Assembly (NCBI GenBank): GCA_964106915.2
Contig: OZ066924.1
DNA: 64,000 nt
Strand: one strand, 5' to 3'
Source: Podarcis gaigeae
Taxonomy: Eukaryota
Numbering within the stretch: position 1 is the stretch's first letter; the number at the start of each line of letters is the position of its first letter. The notes below the pieces were generated by a model. The model saw only the letters and a list, made by a program, of their open reading frames with translations, ran no database searches and was not told the DNA's origin. Of this stretch, positions 46,836 to 60,654 are shown piece after piece. Made by a program: the position numbers and the translations under genes.

Positions 46836-49800
46836 AGAGTCGTACTAAAATCAACTGGTTACAATAATTGTGGTAGAATCATCCTTTCCCAAGCAAAGAG
46901 CTGCATTCGCCACAGGTTTGTGTATACCTTCTCATCTCATCTTATCACCACGATGCATAGAGGCCAAACAAAATTGTGGACAATGAATTAACATACCTCT
47001 AAACCAGTGCTTTTTTCTGGGGGTACTCCAGGGTGTACAGTACCAGCATCTTTTTTCTAGAACAAAAGCACTGATTTAAAAGTGTGGCACATCCTGTGAC
47101 AACTTCATGCTGAGTACCGGCACGCTTTTAAATGGAAGAAATGCACTGATCTGCACTGTGGAAAAACAAAATCCACACTAAATAGTCTCCTTGAGGAAGA
47201 AAAGCCATACTGGTTCTCAAGTCATAACCCACCCTTATTATCCATCAACAGAGTTGCCACATGGCATTCTAGTCTCTGACCTAATTTAGCAGAGGGTTGT
47301 CTCGTGAGACTGCTTTTTAGTGGCTCTGAGGAGGAGGCAGGAGAGAGAGGGACCGGGGCTGAAATTCTGCCATATGCCATAACATATGTACAGTCAGCTT
47401 ACACTGAACTGAATTTATGTCAACATGTGGCCTTCCCATTTAAGCATATCATGACAAATCCCAACCTCAGTTACACCCTCTGCAACCACATTGCCTTAGA
47501 AACGCAAACCACTGGGAAAGATTTGGGCTATAATAGCCCGTAGACGCTGCCAAACTATAAAAGTATTTTAAATATAAATTCAAATATTCTTCACAAACCC
47601 CCAGTCTCTCCCTCTCTCCCTTCCCCCATGCTGTTTCTCTCGCACACAAGCACAACATGTCAAACCAAGTACATTTTCAACCGGCTTGTGTATGACTCTT
47701 TAAACATGACCCAGACTAAGTCACTTTGGGATTTGGAAACGAAGTCATGGGGCCGCTTATGAGATAGAGTTTGGGCTCTGAAAAGAACTATTTGCTCACC
47801 AGCCTGTTTTGAGTGTAAGAAGAGGGAGACAGAAAGTAAGTGTAAGCAGTAAGGACTAAGTAGTATACATGGAAGATTATGGTGAGTGGAGGGGTAAAAA
47901 GCCCACACGGTTTAGTCCACTGCTGGGCACAAAATGATTCCTCAAGAAGCCACCTCAGATCAGAGACAGCCTCACTGTTAGACGATGGAGGGCACTTCAG
48001 GCAGCAGTTGCTAAGGGATGGAGAGTAGTGGCAAAGTGTTGGAAGACAGGACTGTGTGTGTTACAACGCCTGCCCTGTCCTGCTAGCCTGCTGCACTCAG
48101 GTGAGCTGGAGGACACTTCCCCATTGCCAGGGTTGAAATAAGGTTCAACAGGAACTCAATCTTTTATTTGCCTTGGGTAGGAACATATTTTGGTCTGGCC
48201 TTCCCTGTGAACCTGTTGAAGGGCAGAATGTAAACAATGTTATAGCTCTCACTGAGACCATTTACCAGCCAAGGATAAGCCATGATGGAAAAATGCAGGA
48301 ATACAATGAAGACGAGAAGCAAAAATCCTACACCCACTTTCTATCTATAGCTTGCTAAAATTGCAGAAAACAAACACCATCATCTTTGTGAGAAATGGGT
48401 CTGGAGAGTAGTGTAGCTTTATGAATGTGAAGACTCCACACCCTGACAAATCTGAGGGAGAAGAAGACAAGCTGCCTCTACATATGTTACAGCATATGGC
48501 AGAAATTCAGAACCACTCAGTCTAAGTTATTCTTTGTCCTCAGAGTCAACAAATGTCTGTGTTAAATTAGGTCAGGGTCTGGGCAAATCTTTGTTTGCTC
48601 CAGCACCAATTAACTGGAGGTAAAAAATGATAAACCATGGATGACTAAATTGGGTATTTCAGCAACAGAAATGATTTAAAGTAGATTTATGGGGTATATT
48701 TAACTGTGACCAAAATTTCTATGCAAGTTTTAAGAGTTTGGCCTCAATTCCCATGATGTTGAGGGAAGCTCCTTTGTTCTTTTAAAGGGGTGTTACATTC
48801 AATAACTTGAACTGAAAATATTTAATATGTGTTTGACTAAATAGCTACAGTTTTTAAGATTTTGTTGAGTGCTTTGGTTGCTGCTGGACTATTTTGCATA
48901 GGAACTTTATCATCATTAGACGTACCAAGTACCAACCTTTTCATTTAGGTTATGTATTTTGTAATGATTACATATATTCCAATGGTGATCTGGTCATCAT
49001 TATGATTGCTGTGGCACATTTAAAGAGTATTTAATATACCTTGTTCTATCTCAGAATAACAATATTTTTATGATATTCAACCTCACTAACCTAGATAGCA
49101 CCTTTGCACCACCCTCTGCCTCTATTTCCTCTCAAACTTACCTAAGGTTGCTCAATGGTCCTTAATAGGAAGAGTTATGTCTAATGCTCATAGTGCCAAA
49201 GTTAGAAACTTCCTGGCAAACATTACAGATGCCCTTTTCACATGTCTGTGAGACATCCCAACATTTTCTATTTTAGGCCAACATTGAGACCTACAGATTT
49301 TCTCAACGGATTTTTTTAAAAAAAATCCATTTAACTGGACCATCTGAACAACTGCAGTTGGCTCCTAGTACATGCAAAGAAATAAAAATACTAAGGACAA
49401 TAAAATACACAAGTAAAGTGACCAACGAAGGCATTAACTAAATGACTTTACATGACTATGAATACTCATTTCTTTTTTTAAAAATAGGTGGGGATTAGCA
49501 AAGGTACTTGGATTGTGAGAGTAATGCACAGGTCACAGTCAAATTTAAAAAGCTAGAAGCCTCATTTTACATTATGTAGAGCTTCAAAAAACTAAAATTA
49601 CTTCACCAAATACTTAAAATACTTAGTTAAGTATGTTTCCTAGGAAATGAATCTGGTCTGGTTGAAGCAGCAGTAGGTATAGTACGAAGAATCCTTCAGA
49701 GTGGGGAAAAAAATATTTACAGAGAATGAGGAGCAAAGCTGCCTTCCAAGTCCCTCATTTCCTCCCACCTCCCCTGTTTTATAGATGGATTTTCTGCAGA

Positions 49801-51600
49801 TGCTGGTCCTTTGTGCTACTTTAGAGGCACATTGGAGGCTATTCAAAATTTTATGTTCGCAGACAAAAAAAAAATCAGTTTTCTAAGACCTGAGGTTACA
49901 ATAAATATTATCTTTCCAAACTCTACACCACAAAAGCAAGCTGCAAACATCAGCTGCTTCACGGAAGCAGTGATTTAAGGGTTTGTACTACAGTGTTCAC
50001 TTCTCATAAGCCCCTTTCACATGTTAATCCTGTGATGGCAATCCATAGGTTTACAGGGAAGTGGATTGACTTTCAGTAGATCACAATGAGGGAGCTGCTC
50101 TGCTATGTGTTAAACCTGGACCCATAACTAAGTCATCTATGAATGATATAGCAAGACCTTTGGCCTTGACCCTGAGGTCACACGGATCCTTCCCATGGCC
50201 AAAGAATGAGTGTGGCCTTCTGAGAGAGAAAAGCTTATGCACCCAGGCCTCAATGTGCATATGCTTCCACAGGAGCTAGAACCCTGTGTGAGTAAAGGTG
50301 GACTCACCAAGACTTTTCCTTCCAGGTGTCCATGTTCAATGTGTGGACATTGGTGGAAGGAAGCTGCACAACATCAGGGCCAACTCTGCCATTCCATTGT
50401 GCCTTAACTTAAGTGTAAGTATAGTGAATTATAATTGCTGAGTTTCAAAACTAGTAAAAGTAGATTTGTCCTAGGAAGAGAATCCATGCCATCTGAAGAT
50501 AGCACCCAGGAAGAGAGGGAAAAGTCCTAGTGTAGTATGCACAGTGTTGCAGTTCACGAGCCCATGGGTTCAGAGAGCTCTCTGGAAAGATAGACATGGA
50601 CTTTGATTTTATATGCTATGTGTGCTGAAGTCTTGCCTTCTCTAGGTGAAAGCACATGATTGTACATCAAAGTAGTAGAACTGTCACAAACTGCATGTCA
50701 TAGAGCAACCATAGGGAATCTCTTCCCCTTTCTGATGGAAGCAGCAGAAAATATCTTCTCTGATTTTGTTTTTGACAGGATGGCTTGTCTGACAGTAGTT
50801 CCAGAATAAGAAAGGCTTGATCAGATTGCACATAATTGATTTAATGTCATAGTTTCCCAATGTACTGCGAAAAAAATATTGTATATAAGAAAACACTAGG
50901 CCTCTTTTAAAAACAGATGGGTCAAAATAATTGAACTCATTAATTTTTATTTTAAAAAGATGAACCAGGAAACCCAGAAATAATTTATTACTGTTAACTT
51001 AGGCCTAGGTTTCTTTCAGATCACGTGCAACCATAATGCGCACACGCACGCACACACACACTCACTCTTCCCTTTATGAATTTTGTATTATCGTAATATT
51101 GAGCGAGGGAACCTCCATGGTGCACTGAATATACACTTTATAGAGTCTAAAGCATTTCATGGCAGTGACTGTTCTTCAGGCACACTGATTAATAAAAAAA
51201 TTCCCAAGTTATAAGTCTTTGAGGCAGTATTGGAGTCTTATTTGTTCCATCATAGCTGTGAAGACTCAAAATAATAGGCTCAACACCATACCTCTTCAGT
51301 ATATCTTTGAGGTTTCCTTTCTCATAATTCTGGGTTGGTGCCTTGTCTCTTTTCCTTCCTCTTACTTGATTTGACCTCCAGAGGCTCAGGTTAGGTAATG
51401 GTGCATTAGAAAACCTACAATAAACATAGTAAATAAAGACCAATCACCTAGGGAGGTATATTTGACTAAATAATGGTGTGAATGCATGAAGGCCACCACT
51501 GAAACAACAGAAAGCATGGTGGATACAAGACTCCCACCTATGGGAGAAGTAGAGCCACAAAATGATGGTCAAACCACCCCATCTGCTGTCCTGATGGCAG

Positions 51601-51715
51601 CTTCTTCTTCTTCTTCTTCTTCTTCTTCTTCTTCTTCGGGCAATCACTCGTAGCTGAGTAAGATTGTCTTCCATAAACATGGTTTTAACAACGAGTCCCT
51701 GAGTGACTGTGGAGT
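51601..51715 (-). mobile_element. 3' terminal fragment of a retroposon with (AAG)n tail
   Basis: About 12 CTT units directly abutting GGCAATCACTCGTAGCTGAGTAAGATTGTCTTCC, recalled as a lizard LINE 3' end; family not certain. Confidence 0.55.
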
Positions 51716-52919
51716 TGTGGTGCTCCACTGCTCGGCTCCCAGCTGATGTTTAGAATTGCTCTTTTGGGTTGCAATCCTATATGCATTTACTAGGAAGTAA
51801 GTTCCACTGACTTCAACAGCCTTATACTTACAGCATTATAGTGTCATACCTATGCATATCTTTTCAGATTCTATTTAATCTGTTCAGAGCAAAGCTGGCC
51901 CAGCCATTAGGCAGAGTGAGGCCACTGCCTCAGGTGGCAGAAGTTCCCAAGATGAGACCCCACAGCCCCCCATCTGTTTCAGTGGTGAAGAAGCAGTGTC
52001 AGCATCAGTGTCCATTTCAGGCAAAATTGTGTTCATTTGGGGTGAGATCTTGCCTGAAATTGACACCATCTTTGCCAGCAGCTGATGAGACAGGGCACAT
52101 GGTGGTGGCACTGGCAGGGTGTGGTGGTTGCGGGAGTGGTGGCTGCAGCAGGGCAGAGAGGCACTTCCTGTTTCATCTCCTGTGGTGAAAAGGGACGTGT
52201 CACCCCTGATTCAGAGTCTGTTGAATCCCACACCTAATTACCTGCGAGTATGTCCAACTGAACTCAGTGGTGCTTACTTCTAACTGGATGTACACAGGGC
52301 TGTGCTATGAAGGTCCTAGATTGTGCTCATATTGTTACTTCTGAAAAGTCATCACTACTGCCCAAAACACCTTTATTTTTGCATTTCTATTTACTTTTCT
52401 GCCTTACTTTAGTGTCCACTGCAACTACTTATAACTCTTGTAAAATCTAAAGCTGTTTTCTTAAAAAAAATAATAATAATGTTGTTCCCCAAAGCTGTAA
52501 AGATAATCCTTTTTGTAAGGCTCTGGTGCAATTGACTTGCAGGGAGGGGGCACAGGATCAAGCAGTTCATTTAAAAAAACACTGCCTATATCTTATTTAA
52601 CCAAAGTTTAATCGCGGATTTAAAAAAAAACAACGGAAAGGAAAGAATAGATCTGTTTGCCTTGAGAAGTTTTGGTTTCCCTGATTTAACAGACAGAGAG
52701 CTTCTATGGCTGGGGGGCTACTTTGTTCCCCTGAAAGTGGCTACTGAGGAACCTTGGAACATAAATACATTCAATAAGCCAATAATTCTGCCTGCATTTG
52801 CTGCTGCTCTTGAGGGTATCTCCATGCTGGCAAACAGAAGGGTAATGGGAATTAGAAGGAGGGGGGAAAGAGTAATAAAAATATAAATCACAAAAGGAAG
52901 GAAATCCATTTGGTCCTTG

Positions 52920-53108
52920 NNNNNNNNNNNNNNNNNNNNNNNNNNNNNNNNNNNNNNNNNNNNNNNNNNNNNNNNNNNNNNNNNNNNNNNNNNNNNNNNN
53001 NNNNNNNNNNNNNNNNNNNNNNNNNNNNNNNNNNNNNNNNNNNNNNNNNNNNNNNNNNNNNNNNNNNNNNNNNNNNNNNNNNNNNNNNNNNNNNNNNNNN
53101 NNNNNNNN
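52920..53108. other. Assembly gap
   Basis: Run of N. Confidence 1.
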
Positions 53109-53465
53109 TTCACTCTGTAGCATCCTGATTCTTTAATCCATACCATCAGGTTTTGATTATTATTAAGCATATATTACCCATGCAAGACAGAGGAGGAGGG
53201 GGAGGGAGAGGAAAGAGGGAGCAACAGCCAAGATATGATTTCTGCACAAATGGTACACCCTAAAGCTCTTTGGAAATCTGTTCCTTTTATCATAGGTGTA
53301 TATACAGGTCTCATTTTCTACCCCATCTGTGCCTGTGATACCTCCTTTTAAAAATTGTTAAATTTCCTGAAATAGTATACATTCTTTGGAAGCCACCCTT
53401 GTGAATCATAGATCACTGATAAATAGGATATGAATAACTTATGTCTGGATGATATCTAATTAAGT

Positions 53466-54365
53466 CAGGGTTGGAGAACCTCCATCCCAGGGCTCAATGT
53501 GGCCCTCCAGTTTTCTCTATCCGGCCCTCAGAACTCTCCCCAGCAGTAGTGTAGCATGGGCAGGGCGAGGGGAACCGTGGCCACAGGCTCAGAATTCTGA
53601 GGGGCACAATCTGGCGCCCCCACAACAGGCTCCGTTGCTGAGACCACGTGGCCTTCTGGAGCCATGGGGAGGCAAGCCACGCCTGGGCCGAGCCTCGGGG
53701 CTGCGGTGGCGCCTCCTTCTCCTTGCAGCTGGTGAACAGATGCCCGCCCATGAGTGTAACTCCAGTCAACCGGAGCGTGGATTTTCCCGACCCATGTCAG
53801 TCCTTCCCTGGGGCCTCCCTTCTGGTATGTGTCCTTAGGTGAGGTATGGAGCCACCCAATCATGCAGGATCCACCAGCACTCATCCTTGAGTTGCACAGC
53901 CAATGAGAGGCAGCTGCGCTTGGCACCTCGACCTGCTCTCCACTGTCCTCTTACTAGACCTGCTGCAGCTGTGACTCTGGCACTGCTGAGATGCTGCCAA
54001 GCCTACCAAAGAGTGCCAGCTATCGCTCCTGATAGGATCTGATTGAGCTGAGAGGGTGAACGTGGTAACCTCCATGAGGAGTAGGATCTGTTGACTCCCA
54101 TACAACACCTGCAATAAGGTTAGGGGGCACACCCCTTGTCTTGCCCCGGGAGCTGGCAACGCAGCTACGCCACTGCTCCCCAGGCTACACTCCTCGCTGC
54201 CCCCCAAGTGTTTTTGCTTGACTAGAATGCTTGACTTGAACTCTGATTATGCCTCTGGTTTCCTCGGATGGAAGACAGAGAGGGTGAGTGTGTGTTTATA
54301 GAAATGAGCCTACTACACAAAGATAAACTTTACATTTGTTGCTTTTGCCTCAGGCCATGCCCACC
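53466..54365. mobile_element. Older hAT-like element hosting the 53544-54175 insertion
   Basis: Starts CAGGGTTGGAGAACCT...ATGTGGCCCTCCAG; resumes after the duplicated CTCCCCAG; right boundary uncertain. Confidence 0.5.
53544..54175. mobile_element. 632-bp hAT element, long member of the 39739 family in the opposite orientation
   Basis: TIRs CAGTAGTGTAGC / GCTACGCCACTG; perfect TSD CTCCCCAG; last ~55 bp are the reverse complement of 39739-39797. Confidence 0.88.
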
Positions 54366-54389
54366 TTGTGGATCTTGAAAGATTGCCCA

Positions 54390-54560
54390 GGAACCTGATT
54401 TTCAAGGGGAGTGCAACCCCACCCCAAGCAGGCGAAATCCCAGCACCCTGAACTGCCTCCCAACTGACAACGAGGCCCATCTGTCTTGTCTGGTTAAGTT
54501 TCCATTTTTTCATCCTCTTCCAGTGCATTTTCAATGCCAGGCATTGATTCAGAACATCAG
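54390..54560 (-). mobile_element. Old L2 RT fragment
   Basis: DVLNQCL...HWKRMKKWKLNQ...GVALPLK resembles L2 LNQCL..V..WM..NKLKLNP...GV.LPLK. Confidence 0.55.
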
Positions 54561-56355
54561 CAGTTGGTGATGGAAAGGAGTAATAAGAGTTGAGTGTTAT
54601 CCACATACTGATGACACTAAGCTCCAAAGGCCTGGAGAGCCTCCCGCAGTGCGCAGGCCACAGGATTGGCCTTTGCTATATGAAAAAAGATCATTATGTA
54701 CCAGAGGAGATCTATGCAAATAGCATCAACCCAGCTCTCCCCATTTCAGGTTGCAGCTCAGGGCAACTTGACATCGGCTGAGCTATTTACTCATTGGCAA
54801 GTCTGAAAGTACAGCCTATAAATCAAGCTGCATTAGATTACTCACAGCACCCTGTGGAAAATCTAAGTGAAACTGCATGTGTAAATGTAGGGAGTGGGAA
54901 AAGCTTCTGTCTCTTGCCACTCCCACCCAACAGTGGTCATAGAGCAACCACATCCTTTATTAGCCTTGAAGAACAGTTATTGTTTCAATCTGTTCCAATG
55001 ACTCTGAATCAGCCAGCAGTGGCAGCAATGCTCAGTGTACAAGTCTCCTGAGTGTCACTGGATCCCAAAGCCAGTTCCTGGTGCATTTGGCCACTTGTGC
55101 TGCCGGCTTCCTGGGCAGGCTGGAAAATATATTAAACACAGTTGTAGAGAGTCCCAGTTCCCTGCTCTCTCCCTGTCTAATCCCTTTGCAGGCTTCCAAG
55201 CTTAAACTGCAAATGTCATCACCACGAACGCAGTAGTTGAATCCAACAGGTGGGGTAATAAAACATGACATTTCCAGCCAGTTTAATTGTACAGGGTGTG
55301 ATGGGATAGCTTTTCAGTACAAACAGGGGTTTAGTTTATGTCTGTGACAAGGCCACAGACCTACTCCTCTACCATGTAGCCACATGATCTAGGGTGTTAA
55401 GTTCCCACCTGCAATATACTTTATGACCTTTCAGGTGATGAAACTTCTGACCTATAGCATTCTCATCTTTGCTGGTTCAGCTGTTGGGTGGTGACAACTC
55501 GCTAGACTCTGTGCTGGGGCTAACTGTGATTTACTGCACATTAGAATTAAAGCATTAGCATGAGATTCCTGTCCACCCAACCCTAAAGGGCTTTGGCCGC
55601 CGTACAGCTGACTCTCTAGAGGAAATTACAACAAGCCAGGATTTGCTGTGAGCCTATTGCCGCCTAGTGCCAAAACAGTTCATAAATTTAACTGCAGTGC
55701 ATATCTGCCATGTGTTGTGTTCCCTCTCCCCCCCCCTCCTGCTGCCCCCCTCCCACAGCCCTCTTTCAGATATTATGACAGTTTCACAGCCTCTCTGAAG
55801 GCTGCCTTTAACAAACAAAATGTTCTGGTTTCAAAAATAAATATACGGCGTCTGTACAGAGCTGCTTTTTAAACACTGATATTAAATATGAAACAGCTAT
55901 TAATCTGGAAAAGCAAAGATGATGTGCAGAAACTCCATGATCAGCAACACAATAGTTCTAAGCAGCCAAGGAAATTGATTCCTTCATCGTATGAACCTCT
56001 GATGGAATAGTATCTGCAGGAGGGGCTCTCCTTCAAAGCACAGTGACTGGTTATAAAAAGAGCTTCAACAATCTCTAGGTATCCAGGCACCCATTTGTAG
56101 AGGACTTTGTATATCGGCTGGTAGCTGATTGGGAGCCAGTACCAATTGGTTTAAACTTAACCCGTGGTTTGACCCTCACGCGGGGGGGGGGGGGTTCAAG
56201 CTAAGTAGTAAAGACAAGAAGGACAATCCAGATTGCCCAAACCATGGCTGCTCCACTTATCTCATTAAGCTCCCCTAATGTATCTTTGATGAAGGGGAGC
56301 CATTCCAGAGCAACTTCTTTGCCTGACTCAAGGCTTTTCATTCAAGAATAGGGTA

Positions 56356-56535
56356 CAAGAATGCCAACTTGAATAAAATTTGGGGGGGGGGTAAAGCCCC
56401 TCTCTGCAAAAACAATCACAATACGTGGTATGTGCACACCATTTGAATGGCAAGCCCATCAACTTTGGGGGGTGGCCCCCTCAAATATTTTTTGGGGGGG
56501 CAAAGAGGCCTCATCCCTAGGAGTTGGCTCCTATG
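56356..56535. mobile_element. hAT-like MITE, uninterrupted sister of 8135-8429
   Basis: Shares TGCCAACTTGAATAAAAT, CATCAACTTTG, CCCCCTCAAATAT and CCTAGGAGTTGGCTCCTATG. Confidence 0.7.
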
Positions 56536-57959
56536 ACAGGGAGCCAATTTCTATCAAGCCCACTTCAGTTTTCAAACGTTCTGAAGCTTCTTGAGCAGTT
56601 AAGGGCTTCTGTCCAATCAGAGAATTCTACTTAACCCAAGCAATCTTTTTCTCTATCCTTTTTTAAAAAGGGGGAGGGGGCTGAAAGTATCATTTTCAGT
56701 ATTCTGCTTTCATAACAATATAACAGTTGGTGGAAAGGCTGCTTTGTAGAACAATTCTATGCAGCTATCTTCATAATACTATAATATTAAGCCTTTTTGG
56801 TTTAAGCAAAAGCCCAACATGTACAATAGAATGTGATTATTCACCCACCACTATTGTCCTTAGAATCTATTAGAAGGTTGAAATTTATGCCATTTTTAAA
56901 GAAAGGCTGATGGTTGGACACTGCGGTCTACAGGACTGTGACAGCACCTGCTGTTCAGAAGTATTCAGGCGCACTGTAAAATTGCTTTGCTTCTCTGAAG
57001 TGTCTCTTGTCTAATAATTCTATGCCAGAGCTTAGAAAAATCTTAATAGACTAGAGACACTGGAATGTGGGTTGGAGGGCATGTCCATTGTTTTCTGATA
57101 CAGCACGTTTTAGTTACAGTGTGTCTGGTTGACAACTGCAAGCATCATTCAAAGCCCATTGGTCACAATTTGGAGTAGACCAAGGTCACATTCACACCAT
57201 GCATTCAAAGCACTTGAGATACCACTTTGAGCTGTCATAGTTCCCCCCATGGAATTTGAGGAGCTGTAGCTTGATAAGTGCGCTGAGAGTTGTTATTCGT
57301 TTCACAGAACTACAGTTCCCAGAGATCTTTGGGAAGGAAGATTTGATAAACTACAGCTCCCAGAATTCTTTGAGGGTAGCCGTGTGTGGGTAAAGAGGTA
57401 TCCTAGAGTTTGTAATGTACGGTGTGAAGGTGGCCCAAGTGAATCTTTAAGAAAGAATTCTCCAAATTCTCCAAAAGAGCAAACACCAAGCACAGCCTGT
57501 ACTGTCTTCAGCCTTCACTACCACTTTGACCCTCTTCCTCTCTCCCAAATGAAATTTACAAGGAGATGGAGCTCAATGGCCGGGAAGGCTGGATACAGCA
57601 TGTTTTCATTCAAAGTGTTCTCAGCAAGCATCCTCAGAAATTCACACCTCCACTTAGGAAAAACTATAGATCCCAGCATTCTTTCTCCTGGATCTTTCCA
57701 AACCCCTCAATTGTTGTTTTTGAGCCTCCCAATTCCAGAGGTCAGCACCATCCATCTCTCAAATTTCCACACAAAATCCAATGTTAGGCATTGATATCAA
57801 CATCCAGCAGGCTTATTTAGCTTAGACACTTAAAAGAATCAAATCAATGCTTAAAAATCACAAAAAAATTATTCACACAATTACTGGGGGAAAGCCTGTT
57901 CCTTCTTATTAGCTAGCTGTCCTTTTCTGATATATAGATAGGGATATTCCCTCAATTAG

Positions 57960-58323
57960 TAAAGGTAAAGGTACCCCTGCCCATACGGGCCAGTCGTGTC
58001 CGACTCTAGGGTTGTGCGCCCATCCCACTTAAGAGGCCGGGGGTCAGCGCTGTCCGGAGGCACTTTCGGGTCATGTGGCCAGCGTGACGAAGCTGCTCTG
58101 GCGAGCCAGCACCAGCACAGCACACGGAAACGCTGTTTACCCTCCCGCTATAAAGCGGTACCTATTTATCTACTTGCACTTAAGAGTGCTTTCGAACTGC
58201 TAGTTGGGCAGGAGCTGGGACCGAAAGACGGGAGCTCACCCCGCCGCGTGGATTCGAACCGCCGACCTTACGATCAGCAAGTCCTAGGCGCTGAAGTTTT
58301 ACCCACAGCACCACCCGCGTCCC
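57960..58323 (-). mobile_element. Sauria SINE (third, CpG-rich subfamily)
   Basis: Full length; TSD ATTCCCTCAATTA on both sides. Confidence 0.95.
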
Positions 58324-60292
58324 ACAATTCCCTCAATTACTCATCTTTAAATAAATCCCTATGCTTAGTACAGTTATCTGTCTTTACTAATCAAAGTCAG
58401 CAAACGATGAGCAAAGAGGATATAGAATTGCTACCCGGAAAATCTCAGAAGGTGCAAAAAGCCCTTTTTTAAAAAAAAAAAATATCAAAAGGGTCTCAGG
58501 CATGTAAAACAATAATGACAAACATTATATGCCACTTTCTACCCTCTCTAAATTGAGTTGCACTCTAGGGTTTTCCTTCCCTTAAAAGAAAAAAATTCTT
58601 TGCTTAAAATATTTAATATTGGTGGCAAGTTTCATCTTGATATTCACAACTTATCTGGCTGGGCCACTATTGCCATGTATTTTGCTTCCTGATCCCACTA
58701 AAAAAAATCAATGGAAATGTTGCCATTGGCTGCAAAAGGAACTGGTTAGGCCCCCAAAGCCTGCTACAATAGTAAGTGTTCTTGCGGACTGGCCTCTGTG
58801 TGTCCAATCGGAATTGTTATGAATGGCCCTTTCAAAGCTTGATTGATGGGTCAGGACATGCCTGCCTTGTTACTACACAAATGAGGAACAAGGTTGATGG
58901 AATTCTAAAGAAAGCAATCCCTTATTGAAAGCCTGCTAACAGGGCAGCTATTTACTACAGCTCAGTCAAGCAGCCCCTATTCACAGGAGCAAAGCCAGGA
59001 AGACAAAAGAAATTACACGTTCATGGCTCTCAGGCAAAAGCCATCGCCAAGCCATCTCGGGGGCAGGATGAAGCCATTAAACAATGAGACATACCAGAGC
59101 AATTATGGTAATCACTTAGCGTGTTTGAAGGCAGGAGAGAACAGAAGATCTGTGCCATCACATCACTTACTTGCTAGCAACCTTCTGTTGTTTTTACCAT
59201 TCTCTTTCCCTGGCCCCCGTTGAAATTCTGGGTTTTGTGAGATTTTTTAGTTGTCTTGCCAGGTTTAGTCGCACAACGGTACGCAAATTTGCTAGCAACC
59301 AGAAAAGGTAACCACTTAGGATATGATTGCTGCTTTAAAATCCCACATCACACATGATGGAAGGCAGTCCTCTGTATGCTCTGGCCACACACAAAGATGA
59401 GCTGCACCAGGCCTGCCCCCACCCCTTTCCACTTCCCCACAGCTGCAGTAACATGGTAGCACACTTGGCTCACGGCGTGGCCAGATCCTGCAAACAAACA
59501 ACTCCCCACACAGTGTGAGCTGCCATGTGGGTCATTTTTTAAGCAGCAACTCCCAACTGTTTTGACCCTGAATTCTGGCAGCAGAATGATATGGCTTGAT
59601 TGCATCTTTGGGCCTATATTGTTTTAGGAAGTGCAGTCCAAACACTGGAGCTGCATGTTATTCTGCTTTCAAAAGACCCTGCTGTTTCTGATTTCATTAT
59701 GAAAACTCCCCGTCCAACGAGAGTTTTTCAGACTGTTTTCCTTATGGCATGCCAGGAAAGAACAGCTGTAAGTCAATACATACAATGCTTCATCAAAATT
59801 TAAGCAATCCAGGACCATAAATTTTTAAACTGGCTTGATTAACTTCGCAGTGAGAGAAAAAGTCCTGAAAGAGCTCAAAGGCAGCTCCCAACAAACATCC
59901 ATCAACAGGAGCATCTTATTGTCACTGACCTGGGAAAACAGTGACAGAAAAGGGGACCAGATTCAAAAAGCACAGAACTCAAGCCACAGATGCAAAGGAA
60001 GAACGGGAGGCACTATCTAAGTCTGCTCCCAATGCTTCCTCACTAGCCAAGGTGTGAACATGTAGCGCCTGCTATCATATGTTGCCAAGTGATTGACAGG
60101 TGAGCCCATGAAGGGTTGCCCACCTTGGGATCCAGCCCTCCAAACCAAGGTGGTTGCTCACCTCTGGTATAGAATAATTTTGAAGGTAAACATTTCCTGC
60201 ACTGTTCAAAGTTTTATATATATTTGCTGGTGCAGCAAATAACGTTTTTTTTTAGTGGGAGTTGCCATTTAATGGAGACTATCCCTCCTAAA

Positions 60293-60654
60293 GGGACGCG
60301 GGTGGTGCTGTGGGTAAAACCTCAGTGCCTAGGACTTGCCGATCGCATGGTCAGCGGTTCGAATCCCCGTGGCGGGGTGCGCCCCCGTCGTTCGGTCCCA
60401 GCGCCTGCCAACCTAGCAGTTCGAAAGCACCCTCGGATGCAAGCAGATAAATAGGGACCACTTACCAGCGGGAAGGTAAACGGCGTTCCGTGTGCTGCGC
60501 TGGCTCGCCAGATGCAGCTTGTCACGCTGGCCACGTGACCCGGAAGTGTCTGCGGACAGCGCTGGCTCCCGGCCTATAGAGTGAGATGAGCGCACAACCC
60601 TAGAGTCTGGCCAGACTGGCCCGTACGGGCAGGGGTACCTTTACCTTTACCTTC
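60293..60654 (+). mobile_element. Sauria SINE (third, CpG-rich subfamily)
   Basis: Full length; intact B box GGTTCGAATCC; TSD ATCCCTCCTAAA; (TTTACC)n tail. Confidence 0.95.

Noticed and set aside
46009-46848. ORFs of 150 and 115 aa as a host gene
   Set aside because: They are the Bov-B RT C-terminus split by a stop; antisense ORFs 45948-46442 and 46455-46835 are shadows
57996-58472. 158-aa ORF, and similar ORFs at 11350, 15188, 42686 and 60322
   Set aside because: Chance frames through GC-rich Sauria SINEs
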